Below, piece after piece: positions 25,689 through 39,580 of a stretch of DNA of 64,000 bases (positions are counted from its first letter, which is position 1; each line of letters starts with the position of its first letter). The stretch lies in assembly GCF_009914755.1 (NCBI RefSeq), contig NC_060933.1, one strand, 5' to 3'. The stretch comes from the human T2T-CHM13v2.0 reference genome, Homo sapiens. A program made the position numbers and the translations under genes. Under the pieces are notes generated by a model, which did no database searches, was not told where the DNA came from, and worked only from the letters and a program-made list of their open reading frames with translations.

Positions 25689-27149
25689 TGCCCATTCTTA
25701 AATCAGATTTTTTTTTTTTTCTGTTGAGATGTTTGAGTTCCTTGTGTATTCCAGATAGTAATCCTCTTTTTCAGATGAGTAGTTTGCAAATATTTTTTCC
25801 CATTCTGTAGTTCTTCTTTTCACTCTATTATTTCCTTTGCTGTGCAGAAGCTTTTTCGCTTGATATATCCCATTTGTTTATTTTTGCTTTTGTTGCCCTT
25901 GCTTTTGAGGTTTTATTCATAAAATCATTTCCCAGACCAATGTCCTGAAGTGTTTCCCTTATGTTTTCTTCTCATAGTTTTATTGTTTCAGATCTTAGGT
26001 TTAGGTCTTTGATTCATTTTAAGTTGATTTTTGTATAGGGTGAGAAGTGGGAGTCTACTTTCATTCTTCTGCATGTGGATATCCAATTTTTCCGGCACTA
26101 TTCATTGAAGAGACTGTCAATTCCCTAACGAGTGTTCATGGCACCTTTGTCCAAATCGTATGACTGTAGATATGTGGGGTAATTTCTGGGCTCTCTATTC
26201 TGTTCCCTTGATGTATGTGTCTGTTTTTATGCCAGTTCCATGCTGTTGTTGGTTACTACAGCTTTGTAGTATATTTTGATGTCTAGTAGTGTGATGCCTC
26301 TAGCTTTGATATTTGCTTAAGCTTGCTTTGGCTATTTGGGATCATTTGTGGTTCCATACAAATGTTAGGGTTATTTTTTTCTGTTTCTGTGAAGAGTGTC
26401 ATTGGTGTTTTGATAGGGATTGCATTGAATCTGTAGATTGCCTTGGGTAATACTGTCATTGTAACAATGTTAATTCTTCCAATCTATGAGCTTGGGATGT
26501 TTTCCCATTTATTTGTATCTCCTTCAGTTTCTTTCTTCATTTTTTTATAGTTTCTCTTATAGTGGTCTTTCACCTTCTTGGTTAAATTTATTTCTAGGTA
26601 TTTGAAATCAAGTACTTTGCTGTTTGTTGTCAGTGGTCATGCTGGGAAGAAAGAATAAGCCAGCTGGGTTTTTATTTGAAAACCAAATGTTGTATAATGT
26701 TAACAAAGTAAAGATGTATGTTCATCTTGGAGTCTTTGCTCAGGACCCTGGAAATACTATTATGTAAATGTTGTAAGCTCCATGTAGAGTACTTCTGACC
26801 AGTCTTACATGTTTCTTGCCACTTAATATGTGCCTGGCTTGTAACATAGCTACCAGAGCGGTGCTCTGAACACCTCAAATTAATTTTCATACCATTGTAA
26901 ACAAACAGAACATGATTTTCTGTTCTTCTGTTCTCTTTTATGTAAATTGTCGTCTGCTGATATTTAAATAGATAAAATATAGTAAGTTTACTTGGTTAGT
27001 GTTGTAAATTAGATGAAGAAAAACTAAATTTCTGTAATGCAAAAAATACTGAATGAAAATTCAGTTTGTATATTATGACTTTCTCAATATTTTCAGTTGG
27101 TTAGAATTCAAGCCTACTTCACTTAAAAGATTTGTCTGCACCACCCCCC

Positions 27150-27252
27150 GATATAAGTCAACTGTGAGGGCAGGATCTTTGTCATTCACTGTGTTGCTCA
27201 GGGTCTAGAGCACATCATGGTGATTAATAGTTGTTGAATTAATGAATGAATG
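27150..27252 (+). mobile_element. L2 3' end
   Basis: tgagggcagg...ttgttgaattaatgaatgaatg terminus. Confidence 0.7.
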
Positions 27253-29859
27253 TTTTCACTAAGTGAGAGAACTTACTTGCCAGTACAGAATTCATTACAG
27301 GTGAATTTTGGATTTGCAAATTTGTGGAATTTCCATTTAAAAGGTACTGCAGGACACTTGTCATTCAATTATATAATCACTGAGAACTCATACCAGCTCT
27401 GTCCTTCGGTGAGAGATCCTGTCTTCTCTCCAGCCCTGATAATGAGCCACATATCCAGAAATGGTTCTCCCATGTCTTGCTGATCAGCACGGGTTTTCTG
27501 TTAATGTGATTAATTACTCTTTGTTTTCCCAGCTCAGAGAGCCCTATTTTACGGTTTTGTGTTTCTGTTATGAACGTGTCAGATAAATGAGGGTGTGTTT
27601 GTGGGGGTACTTCAATCTAATTATTTTTCTATGACACTGAAAATTGGCTTTAGTGGCACTTATGGATATGCTACTAAAATGAGAGCTTCCTACAATGCAG
27701 CTTGAGAATGTTGGTATTGGCATTTCTTTAACTGATGTTTTATAGAAGAGACATTGGAACATGATTTCCCTCGGCTGCAAATAATGAACAACTGTGACAG
27801 CCATATTACAACAATGCTGTTCTCACCACTGTCAATGTTGTGTCAGCATTTTGATTATAAATACTCTTTTCCATGGTTTAATAACTGAGGCATAAAGAAA
27901 TCATTCCATGTTATGAATTGCTATGCTAACTTTTCATCTCAGTGGTGATTTTTTATGAAACCAAATTTTAAAAATAGCTGGCATTGTTAAAAGGGGATTT
28001 TGTCAGTGGTATTAGGTGAGCGAAAGGGACCTCATCAGGAAAAGTACAAAACTGTTCAGAATATGATCAGATTTTATATTTTTTCATTTATCTTTTAACC
28101 ACCCTGAGGAAAAAAATATACAGCAGAATGGTTTTTTAAATGCTGTTCTTTGGAGACAGAAATAACAGCTGCCTTATAGAGTAATCATGTTACAACAGGC
28201 ATTTTAGTATATATATTTTCTGTTTTGTTTTGGGGAACATTGGCTGACTAGCAGTATAGCCAGATCTTTGTAATAGTGAATCATTTTATGCTGGGTGTTA
28301 TTGTTCCTGGAAAAGGCATGCTCATTAAACATAAAACAAGGCTGGCAATGAGCACAGACTGTTTGATTTTATTTATTTATTTTGTTCTGTAAGGATGAAC
28401 AGTTTTGATATCACCGTAGGTTAGATTGGAAAGAAGTTATAGTACACTGAAAGAGTCTGGAAGAGATCATAGGTGCCGTTTTAAATTTTCATCTAATTAA
28501 AAGAAAATAGAAAAAAGATATAAATACCCACAGTCACATTAATTTTAAATTGTACGTTTCTTGTAAAAAGGTTTAATTTCTTTATGTGTGTGTCTGTGAG
28601 TTTGCTTTCTTTAATACAAAGGAACTAGATATTATCAAGAAAGTCTCCCATTTCCAACACTCTCAAAATCTCAAATTTCATTTTTTACAGAAAACTACTT
28701 AAGCTGTTTTGTCAGTTGGCCTTTCAGCTCTTTTCTATGTATTATAATCTGGTGTTATGGCTTGCTGTATGGGACCCAAATGATATCACAATTTATTTAA
28801 CTTTCCTTAGTGTTTTCCCTTCATACTACTTGTTTTAATTCTTAGTATCCCAGTGGCTGTGGATTTACCATGTCGTTTTCATTACTGTTTGAAATTTTAA
28901 GCTTTGTTATAAAAATTTTGACATTACAAATAAAATTTTGGCTTCTGATAATTCCAGTTCCCACCAGAGGTAACTATTTTCTCCATTATAAACAGAAATG
29001 AAATTATAGTCGTTATATAGTCCTTCTCCATAGATTCAAATATTTAGGTTAGATTATAAGAAGTCAGCCTGCTGAGTCATTATTTCTGTGCATTTAAATT
29101 TTAATGGACAATGTTAAATTCTTCTCCGTAACCATCATAACAGCTTACATGACCCCCAAACTAGATATATTCTGATTTAAAATGTAAGGTTAGATCTCAT
29201 TCTTTTCCTTTTTCATTTTCTTTATTCTTGAGGTTGGTTTTCTTTTCATGTGCTTACTGGCAATGAAGAGCCATTGAACTTTTTACATATTTTTTGTAAC
29301 TGTGGGCTTTAAAAAATATTTTCCAGAAAACAATTTTTGATATATGTATTGGGAGTATTTTTGTGTTATTTTATGTTAATTATGTTGTATTTTATTCTTT
29401 ATGATTTTTAAATTTTGATATGTATCTTTTGTCTTTTAAATGTCTTCTTAAGGAGCCGTATTTGTCCTAACTTCATCAGTATATTTTCCTATATTTTCTT
29501 ATAATACTTTTATAGGTCTGTTCTGTTTTTAAGTTTAGGTCTGTAAATCAATTGGAGTATATTTTTTATGAGTGAGGGACATAACACATAAACACACACT
29601 CCATTCAGTTGGATCTGGACATTTTGAATACTGTTACTGAATAGTTTTTGGTGTGAGGTTTTGGTTATTTATTCAGCTCTGTCTTTCTCCTCTCTAATTC
29701 TGTTCTTAGGAGTAATCTGCTATTCAACATATTATTTATAAGTCTAATTTCAATTTTTTTGTAGAATTCTGTATGGTTGATTTCTAAAAATATAATTTGT
29801 CATTTAGAGTCTCTTTTTTATATTTTTAATATACTTATTTTTAAAAACTTATTAAAATA

Positions 29860-30275
29860 CAGCTGACCCTTGACCAACATGGAAGTCAGAGGTGCTGACC
29901 CCCAGTTCAGCTAAAAATCTGCATATAACTTTGGACTCCCCCAATACCTAACTAGTAATAGCTTACTGTTTACTGGAAGCCTTATTGATATAACACAATT
30001 AACACACAGTTTATATGTTATATTTATTATATGCTGTATTTTTACAGTAACTTATGCTAGGGAAAAGAAAATGTTATTAAGAAAATCATAAGGAAGAGAA
30101 AATATATTTATTCATTGAGTGGATCATCATAAAGGTCTTCATCCTTGTTATCTTCATGTTGAGTAGGCTGAAAAGGAAGAGGATGAGGGGTTGGCCCAGC
30201 TGACTCAGGGGTGGCAGAGTCTATATATAAATGGCCCCATGCAGTTCAAGCTTACATTGTTCATGGGTTAGCTCT
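29860..30275. mobile_element. Tigger2-derived MITE
   Basis: TIR-like cagctgacccttgaccaaca at the left and ttgttcatgggttagct at the right, flanked by TA. Confidence 0.75.
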
Positions 30276-30653
30276 ATGTATTTTGCATTTTGTGGCTCAT
30301 ATCATTTTGCATCTAATTCCACTACTAATTTTTGCTGATAGAACCATGTTTCTTGTGTTTTATTGAGTTTTGATTGTGAGCTTATGTTTCTTAGAATTCA
30401 ATACTGGGAAATTTTTAGAGGCCTTTGTTATAAGTGGTTGCCAAAAATTACAATTTACATTTTTGAATGAGCACACTCTGCCTTCAAATAATATCCTACT
30501 TCATGAACAGTGTAAGACTCTTAAAACAGTATAACTTCATTAGCACTTCCCTTTGATTTGTGGTCTTATCTTACATTTTACTTCTTCATATACTATACTC
30601 CACAGTGTTATTATTTTTGTTTTAAGCATTTGTCTTTTAATGAAATTTGTTCA

Positions 30654-30812
30654 TTCTCTCTTTCCCTTTCCTTCCCTCCCTCCCTCTGTCTCTCTTTCCC
30701 TCCCTCCCTCCCTTCCTCTTTCCCTCTCTCTCTACCCCACTCTGTGTGTGTGTGTGTGTCTGTGTGTGTGTGTGTGTGTGTGTGCGTGTGTATGTGTCTG
30801 TGTGTCTGTTTG
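30654..30812. repeat. Polypyrimidine (CCCT/CT) tract followed by imperfect (TG)n
   Basis: Read directly from the sequence. Confidence 0.95.
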
Positions 30813-31468
30813 TTGAAGATACTAAAAAATGATTTTATATTTACCCAGGTATTTTTGGAGTTCTTCATTCCTTCCTGCTGATCCTTGGTAACGTGTGATT
30901 TCATTTTCCTCATTCTGAAGAACTTTATTTTGGCATTTGTTATGATGTGGATCTCCTGGGGACAAATTCTGTTAGATTTTTATCACACTGAGAGTGTTTC
31001 TATTTTTCCTTTTTTTTTAAAAGGTTGTTTTCTTGGGAGGTAGACTTTTAGGCTGGCTGCTTTTTCTTGTAGTATTTAATAGATATTATTCCATTACCTA
31101 TTTGCCTTCACGATTTCAGGTTAGATGTCACTTGTAACTCATATAATTGTTTACTAAATGTGGCTTTTTTTTTCTCTGATTTTAAGATATGTTCTTTTTA
31201 TTTGGTTTCCAGAATTTTGATTGCTATGTAGCCAGGTATGTTTTATTTATATTTATCTGTTTAGAGTTTGCTGCAATTTTTTGATCTGTAGGTTGATATC
31301 TTTTATCAGTTGTGGAAAATTTTCTGTCAATATCTCTTCCAATATTATCACCCCTTTTCTCTTTTTTCACCTTTTAGTACTTCAATTATACATAAACTGA
31401 GTAGTTTTTTTTTTTCCCTAGATCTGTATTGGTTTTTAAAACTCTCTTTTTGTCTTTCAATTCTATAC

Positions 31469-31806
31469 ATATGGCCCTCTGTATCCATGGGTGGATATGT
31501 GGATTCAACCAACTGTGGATCAGAAATACATTTAGGCCTATAATGGTTGTGTCTGTACTCAACATGTACAGACTTTTTTTCCTTGTCATTATTCCCTAAT
31601 TGATACAGTATAACAATTTACATATCTTTTACATTGTATTAAGTATTATAAGTAATCTAGAGATGATTTAAAGTATACAGGAGGATATGCATGGTTTATA
31701 TGCAGATACTAAGCTGTTTTATATAAAGGACTTCAGCATCTCTGGATTTTGGTATCTGTGAGGGGTCTTGGAACCAATCTCCCTTGGATACTGAGGGTCG
31801 ACTGTA
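31469..31806. mobile_element. MER2 (Tigger MITE)
   Basis: ggccctctgtatccatggg ... cttggatactgagggtcgactgta inverted termini. Confidence 0.85.
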
Positions 31807-33239
31807 CTTCCTATTCATTTGTCTCTATAGTCATTAAACTTTTACTCTGCCAATTCCAGTTTGCTTCTCAATCTGTTGAATGAAATCAACATTTTGTTTT
31901 TTCCTATCTTGATCATAAATGATTTTTTTTTTGCTTTTTATTATATCTTGTACTTTTTTGATTGTGTGCTAGACATTTTGTCTATGATGACTGAAATGAG
32001 TATTATTATTTCCAGAAAGGGTGTGCTGCTTTTTCTCTTAGGTTCCTACAGTGGGGTGAAGTCAATCTGATTTATATTTGAGCTGGGCATGTGCTTTATT
32101 GCAGCTTTAGTTTGATTAAGTCCACTCAGGTTTCAGGTGTTTTGAGGGTGGGATTAGGACTTTCCCTTCTGCAGGGTCTGTTATCTGGGCGCTGAGGAGA
32201 TTCTGAAGATCTGCCTGCCTTTCATAGTTGAGCTGGCAGCTTTTAAGAACTATGGAATATCTTTTGCTGTTTAGACCACAGTTGCCTGGACTTTGAGTTC
32301 CTGGAGAGTTTTCTTTTCTCTCCACTTCTATTTCTTGCTTTTTGCACCTCAAGAGGATTATTCATCACAGATCCATATTTTTTTGTTTCCCGCTAAACAG
32401 CTACACTGAGATTATGGACTGACAATGTTATATTTATGTTATCTAGAACCACAGTTAATCTTGTGCATGTTTAACTACTGTACCTTTCGTATTTAGTATG
32501 TGCTTAGGGAATGTTTTACATACATTAATTTAGGGAAGTACTAATTTTTTCCTCTACAGATAAAGTATCTGAGGCACAGAGGTTGAGTAACTGATCACAG
32601 TCATAAGAGTAATAAATGGCAGAACTTTTATTTGAACCTGGCCATCTGCATTATATTAAACACTGTGATATGTCATGGCTCTCCAGTTTCACTGTTGTTC
32701 CTCTCAGTTAAATTTGATTCATTTAGCCTGAGGTTATATTGCGTAACATAACTAAAATCTTGGTTTGTTTTAAATGGTATCATTACTTCGAAGGATAAAG
32801 TAGGGAAAACTTAATGATGTTATACCAATGAGATGTTTTATTAGCTAGATTAATGAAACAAATAGGAACACAAATTGTTATATGCTGTCGGGTAACACAA
32901 TTTTTTATGATATGGGTTCTTTTGCAGGGATTGTGTTTTGAAAAGGAGTTCTTGATTATTTATGGAAATGAGCAAATGGAGACTTAGTAATGCCTCTACC
33001 AGTATCATCTTCGTGGTTTGTTTAAGTACATACAGGAACTTTCTTCTTGTCAGTTGTGAACTTCACAGGGCAGGCATTGCTTCTTGTTTATTTTTGCACT
33101 CTACTTTGATACCTTATGCCTTGCCTTATGCTTTGGGGCAGAAGATGTTAGAGAAAAGGTGCATGGACATTTGGATTAGGCAGACATAAGTTTGAATCTC
33201 AATTGTTCTCCTTGCTGATTGGATCAGATTTTGGAATGC

Positions 33240-33430
33240 TTTAACCCATGGTCCTGATCTAGCCCACTGCCTATTTTGTAAATAACAATGTTGTTGGCAT
33301 ATAGGCACAACCAGTAGGTTAAATATTTTCCTCCAGAGGCAGAGTTGAGTGATTACAACTACTCTATAGTTGTGCAAAGTCTAAACTAGTAAATATCTAG
33401 TCATTTACAGAAAAAGTTTGATAACCATTG
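33240..33430. mobile_element. MER58-type hAT MITE inside a MIR (~33150-33590)
   Basis: gcccactgcctattttgtaaataa...tttacagaaaaagtttg. Confidence 0.65.
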
Positions 33431-34329
33431 GGTTGGATGATTTTAGGAATATCACTTAATCTTTTGAATCTGAGTTTCTTTATCTATTAAGTGAAATAAT
33501 AAATTACTTAATAAGTTTGTGATAAAGAAGGGAGGTGAAGTATATGAAATTTTTGGCATGGTACGTGGAATGCATTAGGCTTTCAATACATGTCTCTGTT
33601 CTTCTAATTTTTATTCTTGATATCAAGTTTAATGACTCAGTGTCTTGATGGATACTCTAGCACTTTCCTACCTTCTCCTTAAATTCTTTCATTGAAAGAT
33701 TTGGAGGAAAATGATACAGGTACAATTACTGTTTTGTGTAGTGCCTTACATGTATCAGACATTGTAGATTCTTAAGAAAACTTGGGCTGCTTTTTGAGTG
33801 AGAGTTAACCTGTTAATTTTTAGAGTTATCAATTCTGTTCTCTGACAGTAAAGTACTATTTAAAAAAGGAAAGAAAGGTTAAAAATTGTCTTATCTGTTA
33901 TGTTTTCTACTGGGCTTTAATCATAGGCATGTAATGAAACTACAAATGAATGAATGGACAGGTTGGCATCTTTATGTTTTTACCAGATCAACTAGTTTGA
34001 CCCTCTGAGGGCCATTGAGTCAAACAAATGATGTAACTTGACATGACTTTCGTTGTTTCCTACTTTTTTTTTTTCAAAATTGGGAGAATAGAACAGAAAC
34101 TGTGATATCATATAAATAACTTATGAGTGTACCTGGCCATGAATATTTTTGTTCTTCACAAAGAAATAAGATTTCTTAAGTAAATCATGGCAAAAATAAC
34201 TTTGTCAACTCACTAAAGCTTGCAGCATACTTTACTTAGAAAGTCCCAGTATGTGAAAATGGTCTTTGCATTTTATTAATCCTTTGCTAATTTTCAAGAT
34301 TTTCACTCTTCCCTGTTTTGCCATGTTTT

Positions 34330-35430
34330 GTTATTTATTTAACAAACTCATATTAAGGGTATACTCTCTATTGGATATCATAATAGAGTAAGAGCAATTA
34401 ACCTGACAGATATTCCAATAGCACTCAGTGAGTTTACAGTTTAGTGAGGGCAGCAGATAGCATGCAACAAATAGTTGCAAGAGTAATAAAGCTAATAAAA
34501 GGGGAGTATCAGTGAAAGTGTCAGTGGGAATGCCTGAGATAGAAGTACCTGAGCCAGGGGATTGGGGATTCTTGTTTGAGGGAGTAACATTTAGGTTGAG
34601 ATTTCAAGAATGTGTTTAGTTTAATTATTGATGAGTGGCGCAGGCTGGCTCTAAAGTGTTCAGGACAGAAGGAACCTCATGGAGGTCCTTGAGGTGTCTA
34701 AACACAGTGAGGCTGGCCAAGACCAAGACCTGATGATTCTAGCCCTCTGAGGCCATATTAGGTACTGAGAAGCATTAAAAACCTTCTCTCATGGGGTTCA
34801 GAGTAGCTCTGGGTGGCTATTGCAATAGTTTAGGTCTGGTGAAGGATACTGGGGCTATCAGCGAAAGTGATGGCAGTGATGATGGAGAGAACAGGGTGGA
34901 TTTGGAGGTGGGATTGACAGAACTCAGTTGATTGGATCTAAAGGATGAGAGGAAAAATGTGTCCTCCAATATGAGCTAGAATGGATGGTAGGCACCACTG
35001 ATGGAAAACAGTCGGGGAGTACAGGCTTGAGAAGAAGATATGAGTTCAGTTTTGCATGTGTGTTTGAGATACCTGTGGCACTGTTAGTCAGACACCTCAG
35101 GGAATTAAGGTGTGAGCCATTGGCCTATAGAGAGTGATCGGAATCAGGGTAGTGGATCAGATGCTCAGCAGGCATGTGTGGAGAGAGAAGTAATAGGGCC
35201 TATTACAGAAATTCCAGTGTGTGAGGATAGTGAAAGAGAAGCCTGTTAAAGGAAACTGAGGGTCAGCTAGAGGTGCAGGAGGACAATGAGGAGTCTAAGG
35301 GTCATGGAAACCACAGGGAGAAAATCTTTCAGGAAGGATCAACAGTGTTGTATGGTGCTAAGAGGTCAGGTGAACCAAGGACTTGGAATTGTCTATTAGA
35401 TACTGTGACTTGGAGGGGAGGCTAGGAAGA
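34330..35430 (-). mobile_element. Degenerate L2
   Basis: tttatttaacaaactcatattaag end; atgagttcagttttgcatgtg motif. Confidence 0.6.
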
Positions 35431-37241
35431 GTGAATATCTTCTTGTGATGGTGGAGAATCTTAAAATCCATTTAAAATCTTGAGCCTACACATTGTATTT
35501 TAGAAGACTTTTTCCTCTTGTTAGATTAGTGCTCTAGAACATGTGTACCTGTTAATGATCCTAATCAGGTGCTTTTGAGCAGCTTCCATGCTGCTGCGCT
35601 GTATTTGACTTTCCTAACTTGTCCCTTTAGGCTTCTTCTCACTGCTACTTTCATTAATCAGACATCTAATTCTCTTAGAGCCTGAGTGCTTCACAGTCCA
35701 CAACTCTTTGCTGCATTCCCACTTTGAAACTAACATCTTCATGTATACAACGAAAGTACTTGACCTCAAGTTTTGTTTCCTTTTTCATTCATTCATTTTC
35801 TTTCTCACCTCCTCTTTCTCTGTAGAAAGTGTGTTAAATTACTGGAAAAATACCTAAAATTGAGAACTTATAAAATGAACTACCAGAGTTCTCATTTTCA
35901 GTATTTGGATTGTGAAATTTTGCTTGTTGTGATTCATCAAAACCAGTTATTCCAAAGGCCTCTAGGATATGGCTTTGTGGTATGGATAGAGAAAATTCTT
36001 CATTGAGTTGTTAACTCCTTGAGCTGGGTTTATAATGGATTCAAATCAATATACACAGTGTATCTTTTACTACTCTGAATCCAGGAATTTTCATATAGAT
36101 TTACAGAGACTTTTCAGACACACAAACCTGTTGGACATTTCTAGTTGTTTGCATTTATTACTGCCTAACAAAAGTTATACAGATACATGATTCTTTCCAG
36201 TTGTTTTGGTATCGTTTTCCTCAGAAAAGTAAAAGCTATGAAGTTTCACACCTCATTAATAGTAGATCAGTTAGATGGATTCCTTGTAAAGCTAGGAAAA
36301 ATTGTCAAAATTTGTTAAGGAACATCACTTTAGTGGACAGGGTAAAGAGGTTTCGTATATAAACTTTGGAGGAAAAAACTCCAAATAACTTCTACCAATT
36401 TAAAAAATGTATTAATGCAGAAAATTGAGAGGACAAGCTTGAAACAATTTAGGTCAAGAGAAGGCAGTGCACTGCTCTCTGGTCCTCCTTTTCCTGGTCT
36501 TTTTCATGAGAGTGTAGTGAGAAATAACTAATAAAATCTATATTTGTAGCAATTGGAGTCATCTTGGAGTAGAAAATTACATTCTAAGCTAAGACACATA
36601 AGAGTGCTGAAAGGTTAAGCTTATGTGGGAAGGATAAAGCAAAACGTTTCTTGGTGCTGTTTTCTCGGGCCGGATAGCTGGGGTTGATCAGGACACTTTT
36701 TATAACACTATTTGCCCACAGAAAGAGTGAGGCGCAAGTGTTACTTTGGTGAAAAGAGTATCGTTTAAAAATAGCCTCTTGCTTATCCTTGTAGTAGAAA
36801 AAAGCCTGCCCAGACTCCATTCATTAGCCACCCTGTATCCAGGAGTGAATTCCCAGAGCACAAGGCTACACCGTCGTGTGTGCATTCTCTGCTCTAGAAT
36901 TCTTGCATATACTAGGTGTGTGGACTAGGTTCTCTGGACTGCTAGGTTCTCTGTGTCACAGCTTTCCTTTGATGACAGTGTCAATTTAAAATTATACCAG
37001 GTTCATTTCATGATGGTTCCCTCTGGGAGAATTTTATACCCTGAAATTTGAGGGGTGTACCTCTACCATTTCCCCCTCCGCTGTCTTTCTTTTTGAACTT
37101 CTCAGAGATAGACCTTCATGTAATTCCTGATGGTTTTAATTTTAGAATGAAAAATCAGGATCTCTGAGAATATTTAGATGAATGGTAATGACTTTTGTTA
37201 TGTGGGTCTGGTCATCATGTGGTATTTTCTTTTCCCCCCAG

Positions 37242-37297
37242 GAATGCTGTCTCTGCAATTTGAGAGGAGGTGCTCTTAAGGAAACGAAGAACAATAA
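37242..37297 (+). CDS. KDM4C: KDM4C coding exon (~exon 16), 56 nt, phase 0 to 2; start of zinc knuckle
   Basis: Acceptor ttttcttttccccccag|GAA, donor AA|gtaagt; [18 protein letters not shown](K). Confidence 0.96.
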
Positions 37298-39471
37298 GTA
37301 AGTAATACATTAATTGTGTTGAATTTCATTATTTTTCTTTCTCCATTCTAGAACCTTTGGATGACAGTTCGCTTTACCTCTCATTGTACACGTGGTTTCA
37401 AAGCTTTTGCTGCTCAGATCTGAGGTTGGAATTCTGTGCTTCAGAGACTTCTACTGTTTGCACTCTCATCTCGGCAGGGCAAGAGCAGTCCAAGTTATGC
37501 TTCTCTTCTTTGTATTTGACACCATGAAAAATAACCCCTCTTTTACTCACAGAGTTTTGAAAATGGAGTTAGCCCATATCATCCAGGTGCCATTAGAATC
37601 CTGGTGTTTAATATGATGAATGCTATTGGTCTGTTAAAACAGGGCATACCTGAGAAAGTGAAACCGTGATCTTCAGATAAATCAGTCATAGCAATGATAA
37701 TAAAACAAAACCATTTACTTTTTACATTAGCAAATTTATGAGAATGTAAGTGTACTAAATTAGAAAAGATAGGGAGAAAACATTGATGTTAAGATTTAAA
37801 GGGATCAGGTGGAGAATATGAAGAGAGTCTTGAAAGAGAGTCATAAGTGAACATAAAAGGAAGGCAGTCTAGTTTTTATGACTGTTCTGCATGGATTTTA
37901 TTTTTTTTTCATGACCAGGTTTTAATATTGAAAATGGGGCCAAAGCATATTACAGGGTCCGCTGGAATAGAGACATGTCAAAATAACCTGGGCGGATTTT
38001 GCAGGCTGGCACTTGAGGGCCAGATTCATGTCTAAGATATGTTTTGTTGGACCCAGGCACCATTTTATAAATTGCATCTAAAATTTAAAATTGAGAGATT
38101 TTTACATAAAAATCCAGATTTTCATCTTTAATTGAAAATGATTGTATATCCCTATAAGGCAGTAATAAGAAGTTGGGATAGAACCCAGTGTCAGTGGGGC
38201 AGGTACTCCTCAGTTCACCATGACTTCCTAGTATATGTGTATTTGCTTACATTCCGCCTGGCCCCCTGGGCACTGGAGTTAGGACTCCTGGTGTAATGTA
38301 ATGGTGGATTTAGCATAATTCTTTACATGTGCACATGTTTCTGATTGCTGGGAAGGAGGAGTGAAGGTATTTATCATTATTACATTAATAAAATTTGTTG
38401 TAAGGAACTGTAGGGTTTGCTTAATTTTTGAAAGAAGATGTTCTTCCACAGTCCTGGTTGATATGATTCGCACTATACTGAAAGTCTTCACTAGTTCTTG
38501 GATATTGCACTGGATGCCATACTGTGAGATGGTTTAGGTGGTTCCTGTAAAAACACGGGTGATAAGACGTTCTCTTCCTATGCTTGGACCACAACAAAAA
38601 GAAATAGTGTTTTCTGTGGAATGATAGTATTTATTTCGATGTGGAAGAATGCCCTGGTGGGATCGATACTTGTTCTCTCTTCCTGTGGTCTTGAAAGACA
38701 GGATAGAGTCTGATACTGTTTGAGTGAAGTAAATATGCTTTGGCTTAAAAATAGGTTGATGGATTTGACAATTCTTTCAAGATCTCTTCAAACCTCATGA
38801 TTCTTTATATTTATTTTGGGATATAACATTTATGAGACATTTAATAGTATTAACGGGAAAGTTGTCATTTTTCAGAAAGTGAAAAAAGTAGGAAACTAGG
38901 GTATGAGATAAACTTCATTTCTTTTTGTCTCTGGGTTTCATTGATTATAGTAAGATTGCAGCAAGAAACAATTTAATTAAAGATTAGCATTAATTCTTTT
39001 GGAAAACTTTTGCTACTTAAACAAGTTTGCTTCATGACATTTGTATTATTTTAAAAGGTTGTGTGCTATACCCAGTTCATACCTTTTATTAATTGAACTA
39101 ATCTTTTGCCACATATTGATTAGCTTAAGTACTTTAAGCACATACATGCATATTCCAGCATCAAATGAAATAAGAAACCCACATTTCAGTATTTTGCAGA
39201 TCAAGTGTAGAAAAATATGTGCACGTTAATAGGATAGAGTCGTGGGCCTTTATCAGCTCTTCATGGCACAATGTTGTTGGGCAGCTGTGGTACTGAGTCT
39301 GTCCAGGTATCATTCAGGAGGTTTACAGTTCAGAATCTGTTTGTGATGGATTTAGGCTTTTGGCTTTCTTGCTCATCTGTGTATTTCCCATCTGTGAGAA
39401 CTGGCATCACCAAGTTGAAGTATGTAAGTTTAGGGAACTTTTGTTTATGTTTAATGTCTCCTTTCCTGTAG

Positions 39472-39580
39472 GTGGGCCCATGTCATGTGCGCCGTTGCGG
39501 TCCCAGAAGTTCGATTCACTAATGTCCCAGAAAGGACACAAATAGATGTAGGCAGAATACCTTTACAGAGGTTAAAATTG
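39472..39580 (+). CDS. KDM4C: KDM4C coding exon (~exon 17), 109 nt, phase 2 to 0
   Basis: Acceptor ctcctttcctgtag|G, donor TTG|gtgagt; [36 protein letters not shown]. Confidence 0.96.

Noticed and set aside
28961-28974. CTCF-like CCACCAGAGG
   Set aside because: The 3' half departs from consensus and it lies in a probable old L1 remnant
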